The translations under genes and the position numbers were made by a program. This document shows, piece after piece, positions 53,882-64,000 of a DNA stretch of 64,000 nt. Origin of the DNA: Eledone cirrhosa (taxonomy: Eukaryota); NCBI GenBank assembly GCA_964016885.1, contig OZ024749.1:32736001-32800000 (forward strand), written 5' to 3'. Position 1 is the first letter of the stretch. The number at the start of each line of letters is the position of its first letter. The notes below the pieces were generated by a model, which had not been told where the DNA came from, searched no databases, and saw nothing but the letters and a program-made list of their open reading frames with translations.

Positions 53882-54237
53882 TGGCTGCTATTTATAGCTG
53901 GTCGAACGATCGCATAAGGATTTTCCATGTCGACTTGTGCTAGAAATAGCAGCCAAACGGTCCCCTCGTCCCAAATACACTCTTTGCCAGGGAACGTTTC
54001 CACGAACCAAAGTATCGTCTTCCTGTCTTCCTCCGGTTGCAACGTCTTTTGAAATATTCACTTCTGCGTTCACAGATTGACTTTGTTAGTTTCAGAAGAT
54101 CCCGTTAAGCAGCGATTCTTTGCTTAAACTTTAATCTGTTATTTTACTAAATATTTGCTCTACAGTTCTTATATATTTGATATATATTTATCCTTATCGA
54201 GCCCTCTTTGGATTTTAGTCTTCAAATTTATTATTAT

Positions 54238-54336
<99 letters not shown>

Positions 54337-54353
54337 CATATACATATATATAT

Positions 54354-54394
<41 letters not shown>

Positions 54395-54605
54395 TTGTTT
54401 AATCAGGGGTCAGTTTTGAGGAGGCAAACCTTCAGCGAAAGACAGCATATCCTCGATCAACTCATCTAGTTGTGTGCCCTTCAGATTTTCTGAAGACAGT
54501 AGGGTGTATTTGGGACGAGGGTCCCGTTTGGCTGCTATTTCTAGCACAAGTCGACATGGAAAATCCTTATGCGATCGTTCGACCAGCTATAAATAGCAGC
54601 CAAAT
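53879..54605. repeat. Inverted pair of about 100-bp near-identical segments (53879-53980 and 54504-54605)
   Basis: atttggctgctatttatagctggtcgaacgatcgc... and its reverse complement. Confidence 0.8.
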
Positions 54606-56517
54606 ATCCCTAAAAAAATAATACAAATTTCTTTAAATGCATATCAATGGTGTGTTATATCGGTTATTTTCCAATCTTTCGGGTTTTATCTCCTGGACCT
54701 TATATTGAAGTTATTTGTTCTGCCTCATTAAAAATCATAACAACACATTCAGTTTCTCGGCATCTTGATTAGTTAAAACTACGTAGATGTTTATACAAAA
54801 AATAAAAATGTATAATATATATGTCGCTTAGCGTAGTAGTTCCTCAAATAGATATCGATGAGAGATAATAGATTTAAATAAGAACAAGCATCAATATGAT
54901 AGCCGAAACATTTTAACAAGCTGTCGCCTGTATGACCGCAGACCGGTCGAATGACTAAAATAGCTGAAAAAACTTATTTATTTTTAATGTCCTTGCTTCG
55001 TTTAATATATATGGTACTAAAACATTACTGCATCTCTCCACCTTTAAACATTAACAACATAAAATCAGGAGAACCTTGAAGTTCCCTCCAAATACTAGGC
55101 CTCACTTTCACTAAGGATCTCTCGTGTCCAACGTACATTACTAAACATGGCTGATACTGCTTTTAACAAACTGGCTCTTCTTTTCAACATAGTTGGATAA
55201 TGATTAAATTTAGTTCAAAGAAAATCGAACAAAACAATTTATATTTAACAATAAGAGCAAAATAATATGTTTAAGGACTGGGAAGAGCGGTGAACACACG
55301 TATTTTCAATCATAGACGAGAAGGGACGTCGAGAGAGATGAGGGATGAGAGCGTGGTTATGGCGCTAGAATAACTAAACATTCTCACTAGGAGCATCAAC
55401 TGATATGTCGGTAAAGAGAGCTAGCAAATCGTTGGCAGAGGCACATCTGCCATAAACGTTTCGAACCACACAGACTGAAAACACACAAACATACATATAT
55501 ATATACGTATATTCATATATATATATATATAATAAGCATATATGTATTAAATACACTGTGTCCATGTAAGCAAATCGAAAGCGCTCCGCTGGATGTGCAA
55601 CACAAGTACAAATGTACGACGAAGCTCAGATGAGTTGGGAGAAAAAAACTAGTCATTGGAGTAGAAATGCGTGTTTGCAGACATTTTCATGAAAATCTAG
55701 TCGAGGGGAGGTAATCACAGTCGATGCATGAGTGTGTGTATGGTGTGTAGCAGTTTATGTGCGTGTGCGTGTTGGTCGTGACTGGATGTTGCTACGGGCA
55801 AACGAAATCCAGTCAAGGGGAGATAACCAAAATAAAATTTATTCGTAATTGTATATATACACACACCATATATAGAGAGAGAGATATAGATATGAAAATA
55901 TACATATATGTGTGTATGTATATACCGGAATCGGTCATGCTTCCCTCGATATCTAACATACGAGTAATTCATCGCCGAAGCCCGGATAAATAGAGAGATA
56001 ACTGGGCATTGGAAGATAAATGCGTGTGTGCAAATATTTTAACAATCTTCCTCCTGTATAAACCTAGACGAGTTGATTCACTGAAACCAAATCAATGAAC
56101 GACCTTTTTCAATAATTAACGTACGTTTAGTGTTGGCCCTTAACGTTCCAGTGAGTGGACGATTGTAGAGTAGGTAGGAAATAAGTCTGATTTTAATTTG
56201 TTTATGTAAGTCTGATTTTAATTTGTTCATGTAAGGATGAGGTTTGAAAAATAAGTCTATAGACTCATTAATATGTTCCACCCAACGGAAATCTTTAGTA
56301 AAAGGCGAAAGATTTATCCGCTCGGGATGAGGAGAAACCAGAGTAGATTGGATCACTTCTAGAGGATATCTATATAAAATATATTGTATAACAACCACTG
56401 ATTATAATATATAAATAATAGTACATAATAGTACAATTCTATAATCAATATATATTTACTGATTTGGAAATATTGTAATTATTACATTATTATAAACAAT
56501 TATCGACAAACGTTTAC

Positions 56518-56632
<115 letters not shown>

Positions 56633-56690
56633 TTGTCGATAATTGTCAATAATAATGTAATAATATTGACAATTATCGACAAACGTTTAC

Positions 56691-56731
<41 letters not shown>

Positions 56732-57030
56732 AACGAGTAGGACCCCGACGGCTGAGCTCAAGCCGTTTCGACGGCTAATTCTGGACCTTTTTTTTTTTTT
56801 TTTAAGTCCAGAATTAGCCGTCGAAAGGACTTGAGCTCAGCCGTCGGGGTCCTACTCGTTCCTATTACCCACTCTACTACCCTAAGTATTGAGTACTTTG
56901 GTGCGTTATGGTCCATCTGGTTCCTTACCACTTTTCCTTCGTTATATATATATATTATATATATATTCGTTATATAGATAGATTATATTTTTGTTTTTAA
57001 AATCCAACGCCAATAAATACACCAGGATTT

Positions 57031-57091
57031 TTTCATTCTGATGATTGAAAGCAACATTTTTTTGCTTTTAAGAAACCACTGGTAAATAAAA
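57031..57091 (+). ncRNA. Type I hammerhead ribozyme
   Basis: TTTCATT-CTGATGA-TTGAAAGCAA..TTGCTTTTAA-GAAA-CCACTGG-TA-AATAAAA; 10-bp stem II. Confidence 0.7.
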
Positions 57092-57178
57092 TAATCGCCT
57101 TATGTTGTTTATTACATAACTATATATATATATAAAGGTAAACGTTTGTCGATAATTGCCAATAATAATGTAATAATT

Positions 57179-57282
<104 letters not shown>

Positions 57283-57318
57283 TTATTAAATGGCAACTAT
57301 ATTTATAAAACCATATTT

Positions 57319-57382
57319 ATTTTATTATACATATTTCAAGGGCAACCAAGGCAAATTATGGTGCGCTTTCATCAGATAAAAT
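57319..57382 (-). ncRNA. Minimal type I hammerhead ribozyme
   Basis: On the - strand ATTTTAT-CTGATGA-AAG..CTT-GAAA-TATGTA-TA-ATAAAAT. Confidence 0.7.
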
Positions 57383-57452
57383 ACAGATTTGTTTCATAAA
57401 TAAATATTGACATACCCGGAAAAAAAGACAACCTTAACGTTTGAATCTTCCT

Positions 57453-57520
<68 letters not shown>

Positions 57521-57522
<2 letters not shown>

Positions 57523-58102
57523 TGGCTGCCAACTCATTTTAGAGTACGGCCACTACTTCATATCCATGTCGGAGAACCCCTACCGATGCGCTGAACGAGT
57601 GTGACTTTTTAGTCCAGCCAGCGACTTGAACACTCTGGTACAAACACTATACTTGTGACAATCATTGACACATAGTGCTGGGCCCATGGTACCATGTGAC
57701 GACAAGTGCAGAGAGATCTCCAGATATAAAGCAATGCCTGTGCTGTGAAGCTTTTATAGTGAGCAAAGGCACTGCACAAAGCCAGTCCCACTCTCTTAAC
57801 CAAGATGATATTTACCAAAAAGAAGAACAAGTCAATATCATTGGATACCATCAGGGTGCAGGTGTTATATCAGAGATTTCCTTCTCCTAGAATTCTGCCT
57901 TGACAAAGGCTAAGGGGTCATCTCTCCCGGTGATTTTGGATGGCCATTGACTCTTAAGAGCTCATTTGCCCTTTGACAGGTTTTGTTTTTAGTCCTGCAG
58001 GCTGTCCAAAGTCACCCTTCTCACCAAGAAATCTTGGTGGGGTTGCCAGTTTAGTCGCCAACGACCCAACCATGAGACAGGTTGTACTGGGATACATGTT
58101 AC
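57521..58102 (-). mobile_element. Non-autonomous internally deleted RTE-like element, copy 1
   Basis: Highly similar to 59637-60244; 5'UTR fused to a zinc-finger-encoding 3' end; tail in (TA)n. Confidence 0.75.
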
Positions 58103-58564
58103 ATTTTAAAGGAAAATTATCCAACGAAAAGAAATAGGAATATCAAACTACACCTTGCCTTCCACGTAACGCACCACAGGGCATAAACTTCAATAAAAAG
58201 TAGCTGAAAATAAATTGGAGATAAAACCCCTTGAATTGACGATATGACCTCTTTTCTGCCTCAAATGGGATATATCTACAATCTCTTTGGGTGCCATAGC
58301 CCAGAATTACCCTTGACAAATTTTTGGTCAAAATGTATGCGCTGGGGTAATTTGTACAAAAAGCAAAAAATATTTCGGAACTCCAATCTTACTCGTAAAA
58401 TGTTTCATTAAAGAAATGAAATAATTAACTCTTGTGAAAATAAATAATCAACCAAAATGGATTTGTACTCCAAATGCCAGAATATTGGGAATAGTGACAA
58501 ATGGTTCATTTATTAACAGAAAAATGTTTTTTAAATAATTCACAAAGATTTCTAGAAACTGAAA

Positions 58565-58655
<91 letters not shown>

Positions 58656-58790
58656 CACACATATATATGTATGAATATATATATATGTATATACATACAT
58701 ATATACATATACATACACACACACATATATGTATGAATATATATATGTATATACACACATATATATATACACACACACATATATGTATGA

Positions 58791-58825
<35 letters not shown>

Positions 58826-59053
58826 TACACACATATATATACATATGCATATACACACGCACATATGTATATATGCATATACACACACATATATATATAC
58901 ACATACACACACATATATATGTATGAATATATATATATTTATGTATATACATATTTATATATACACATACACACATTTATATGTATGAATATATATATAT
59001 ATATGTATATACATATATATATATATATACACATACACACACATATATATGTA

Positions 59054-59091
<38 letters not shown>

Positions 59092-59240
59092 CATATATAT
59101 ATATATATATACAGACACACACATATATATATATATGAATATATATATATGTATATACATACATAAATATATATACATACATACACATATATATACATAT
59201 GTATTAATATACATATATATATATATAGATATATATATAT

Positions 59241-59304
<64 letters not shown>

Positions 59305-59476
59305 ACATATATATACACATATATATATATACATATATATATATACATACATATATATACATATATATACATACATATATACATACATATATACATACAT
59401 ATATATATATACATATATATATATACATATATATATACACATATATATATACACATATATATATACATATATACAG

Positions 59477-59574
<98 letters not shown>

Positions 59575-59636
59575 ATATATATATACATATGTACATATAC
59601 ACATATATATATACGTATATACATATATATATATAT

Positions 59637-60244
59637 GGTGGCTGCCAACTCGTTTTCGAGTACGGCCACTACTTTATATCCATGTAGGAGAACCCCTACT
59701 GATGCGCTGAACGAGTGTGACTTTTTAGTCCAGCCAGCGACTTGAAAGCTCTGGTACAAACACTACACTTGTGACAATTATTGACACATAGTGCTGGGCC
59801 CATGGTACCATGTGACGACAAATGCAGAGAGATCTCAAGATATAAAGCAATGCCTGTGCCGTGAAGCTTTTATAGTGAGCAAAGGCACTGCACAAAGCCA
59901 GTCCCACTCTCTTAACCAAGATGATATTTACCAAAAAGAAGAACAAGTCAACATCATTGGATACCATCAGGGTTGCAGGTGTTATATCAGAGTTTTCCTT
60001 CTCCTAGAATTCTGCCTTGACAAAGGCTAAGGGGTCATCTCTCCCGGTGATTTTGGATGGCCATTGACTCTTAAGAGCTCCTTTGCCTTTTGACAGGTTT
60101 TGTTTTTAGTCCTGCAGGATGTCCAAAGTCACCCTCCTCACCAAGAAACCTTGGTGGGGTTGCCAGTTTAGTCGCCAACGACCCGACCATGGGACAGGTT
60201 GTACTGGAATACATGTTACCAGTAGCACCAACTGGTGACCTGAC
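59637..60244 (-). mobile_element. Non-autonomous internally deleted RTE-like element, copy 2
   Basis: On the - strand the 5'UTR contains ggagaaggaaaactctga; the 3' end encodes [25 protein letters not shown]; flanked by TA-rich microsatellite. Confidence 0.75.
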
Positions 60245-60442
60245 ATAATATATGTATGTATATATATATGTGATATATATATGTATGTATATATGTATAT
60301 ATATATATATATATATACATATATACATATATATATACACATACATATACATACACATATATACATATATATACATATATATATACACATACATATACAT
60401 ACACATATATACATACATATATATACATATATATATATACAC

Positions 60443-60564
<122 letters not shown>

Positions 60565-60819
60565 CATTTAAGGTGCACTTTTAGAAAATTAGTTCAAGTT
60601 TCGACTAACACAGGAAATAATATCTGGATCAACATTTTGGCTTAACAATCTGCTTATTGTTCTCTCTGTGATTACCACTTAGAGAAGTACAAGTAGAAAG
60701 GAGTGTAATTCTAAATTAAGCAAGTTTTGGATGTCACATTTATGTAAAAATGCTTTAATGATATTGTTTGCCACAATGCTGGTAAAAAGTAACTTGTTAA
60801 GTGTTTCGGAAATATTGTT

Positions 60820-63800
60820 TTTATTACATTATTATAAACAATTATAAAAAAAAGATTTACATTTAAAAATAAAGTTTACCTAAATAATTGATTATATGTT
60901 TGTATATCATTCACATTTTCAGACATCCTGTTTAGAATGGGTACATTTAATCCGTTAGTACAATATATGGTCCCGTAAAACACGAGGGATAGACATACGG
61001 CGTTTCTAGGGTATTTTTAAACCTGGTGTGAATACCGTCAACTTACCGTGTCTGGATAGAGCAGATTTCTTTCAGAGAATGCTCGATAGTGAGATAAATT
61101 TATAAAGGTGAAATTACTCCTGTAGTTGACTAGTATTTTTTTTATCGACATCAAATGCATTCTATCCAACGATGATAAGATTTTGCCAACTGGATAAAAC
61201 TTTACTACGAACCCCTATGTGTAATATCTGTAATATGAGAAAGGGATTATATTTTTCAATATTTAGAACACTGAACTATCCATTAGTGCAATATGTGGTC
61301 CTGTAAAACATGATGGAGTGATAGGGGCGCTTTATTGACGTACGGTGTACACCGTCAACTTACCGTGTCTGGATAGAGCAAATTTCTTTCAGAGTATGCT
61401 CGATATTGAGAAAAATTCATAGAAGGTGAAATTACTCCTGTAGTTGACTCGTATTTTTTTTTATCGACCTCAAATGCATTAAATACCAAAGGTGACCAAG
61501 CGGAATTCGAACAAAAACGAGTACCAAAAGCATTCAATCCGATGGTCATAAGATTTTGCCAATTGGCCAACTGGATAAAAGTTTACTACGAACCCCTATG
61601 TATAATATCTGTAATTGTATTTTTCATGAGGAAAAGCTTTAGATATTATGAGAAAGGGATTATATTTTTCAATATTTAGAACACTGAACTATTTAACGTA
61701 GGTTAGTGAGTAGACGATTGTAGAGAAGGTAGGAAATAAGTCTGATTTTAATTTGTTTATAACGTCATGTAAGGATGAGGTTTGAAAAATAAGTCAATAG
61801 ACTCATTAATATGTTCCACCCCACGGAAATCTTTAGTAAAAGGCGAAAGATTTATCCGCTGGGAATGAGGAGAAACCAGAGTAGATTGGATCATTACTAG
61901 AGGATATCTATATAAAATATATTGTATAACAACCACTGATTATAATATATAAATAATAGTACATATTTAATTCTGTAATCAATATAAATTTAGGGTTTTG
62001 GATATATTGTATTTATTACATTATTATAAACAATTATCGCCGACAGTTTACGTTTAAAGATAAAGTTTACCTAAATCTAATTGATTATATGTTTGTATAT
62101 CATTCACGTTTTCAGGCATCCTGTTTAGAATGGGTACATTTCATCCATTAGTGCAATATGTGGTCCTGTAAAACATGATGGAGTGATAGGGGCGCTTTAT
62201 TGACGTACGGTGTACACCGTCAACTTACCGTGTCTGGATAGAGCAAATGTTTTTCAGAGTATGCTCGATATTGAGAAAAATTCATAGAAGGTGAAATTAC
62301 TCCTGTAAATGACTCGTATTTTTTTTTATCGACCTCAAATACATTAAATACCAAAGGTGACCAAGCGGAATTCGAACAAAAACGAGTACCAAAAGCATTC
62401 AATCCGATGGTCATAAGATTTTGTCATTTCGCCAGCTTGTTAAAACTTTACTACGAATCCCTATGTATAATATCTGTAATTGTAATTTTCATGAGGAAAA
62501 GCTTTAGATATTATGAGAAAGGGATTATATTTTACAATATTTAGAACACTGAACTATTTGACGTAGGTTAGTGAGTAGACGATTGTAGATAAGGTATGAA
62601 ATAAGTCTGATTTTAATTTGTTTATAACCTCAGATAAAGATGAGGTTTGAAAAATAAGTCAATAGACTCATTAATATGTTCCACCCCACGGAAATCTTTA
62701 GTAAAAGGCGAAAGATTTATCCGCTGGGGATGAGGAGAAACCAGAGTAGATTGGATCATTTCTAGAGGATATCTATATAAAATATATTGTATAACAACCA
62801 CTAATTATAATATATAAATAATAGTACATATTTAATTCTCTAATCAATATAAATTGAGGGTTTTGGATATAGTGTATCTATTACATTATTATAAACAATT
62901 ATCGCCGTCAGTTTACGTTTAAAGATAAAGTTTACCTAAATCTAATTGATTATATATTTGTATATCATTCACATTTTCAGGCATCCTTTTTAGAATGGGT
63001 ACATTTCATCCATTAGTGCAATATGTGGTGCGGTAAAACATGAGGGAGTGATAGGGGCGCTTTATTGGCGTACGGCGTTGTTCAACCTGGTGTAGACCGT
63101 CAACTTACCGTGTCTGGATAGAGCAAATTTCTTTCAGAGAATGCTCGATATTGAGAAAAATTCATAGAAAGTGAAATTACTGCTGTAGTTGACTCGTATT
63201 TTTTTTTATCGACCTCAAATGCATTAAATACCAAAGGTGACCAAGCGTAATTCGAACAAAAACTAGTACCAAAAGCATTCAATCCGATGGTTATAAGATT
63301 TTGCCAATTGGCCAACTGGATAAAAGTTTACTACGAACCCCTATGTATAATATCTGTAATTGTATTTTTCATGAAGAAAAGCTTTAGATATTATGAGAAA
63401 GGGATTATATTTTTCAATATTTAGAACACTGAACTATTTAACGTAGGTTAGTGAGTAGACGATTGTAGATAAGGTAGGAAATAAGTCTGATTTTAATTTG
63501 TTTATAACCTCATGTAAGGATGAGGTTTGAAAAATAAGTCAATAGACTCATTAATATGTTCCACCCCACGGAAATCTTTAGTAAAAGGCGAAAGATTTAT
63601 CCGCTCGGGATGAGGAGAAACCAGAGTAGATTGGATCACTTCTAGAGGATATCTATATAAAATATATTGTATAACAACCACTGATTATAATATATAAATA
63701 ATAGTACATATTTAATTCTCTAATCAATATAAATTTAGGGTTTGGGAAATATTGTATTTATTACATTATTATAAACATTTATCGCCGACAGTTTACGTTT

Positions 63801-64000
63801 AAAGATAAAGTTTACCTAAATCTAATTGATTATATGTTTGTATATCATTCACATTTTCAGGCATCCTTTTTAGAATGGGTACATTTCATCCATTAGTGCA
63901 ATATGTGGTCCAGTAAAACATGAGGGAGTGATAGGGGCGCTTTATTGGCGTACGGCGTTGTTCAACCTGGTGTAGACCGTCAACTTACCGTGTCTGGATA
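60820..64000. repeat. Tandem array of about 865-880-bp composite units (one internally deleted), continuing beyond the window
   Basis: ccgtcaacttaccgtgtctggata at about 61035, 61352, 62217, 63097 and 63977; part of the unit also occurs at 56150-56510. Confidence 0.92.

Noticed and set aside
55978-55990. AAGCCCGGATAAA resembling a twister ribozyme segment
   Set aside because: The other twister elements are absent, and the context aligns with decayed RTE coding sequence (also at about 51860-51930 and 55580-55670).
61355-63315. Three tandem approximately 70-aa ORFs (MANWQNL...) as a gene cluster
   Set aside because: They overlap the decayed SINE within each tandem unit and have no recognisable protein features.

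Overview
This is AT-rich, microsatellite-saturated animal genomic DNA, probably a coleoid cephalopod/octopus (inferred from repeat content: a tRNA-headed SINE with a Nin/Deu-like core, RTE LINEs, Penelope-like fragments in (TA)n). Two host genes are supported. (1) An intronless LRR-transmembrane protein CDS (+, 8322-9839) with tartan/capricious-type architecture. (2) A three-exon gene on the - strand that the ORF track does not show in full (TATA/Inr about 24437-24401; exons 24294-24404, 21049-21199, 19774-19898). It splices to an 88-aa prepropeptide: signal peptide, acidic spacer, RRKR convertase site, then a 24-aa cationic amphipathic peptide that I do not recognise. The rest is mostly mobile and repetitive DNA: about ten type I hammerhead ribozymes in Penelope-like terminal repeats (including long-stem-II and variant-core forms), RTE, CRE-like and mariner fragments, several MITE families, minisatellites and an approximately 880-bp tandem array running off the right end. 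Most ORFs in the supplied track are microsatellite artefacts. Family assignments were made by eye, without database searches.
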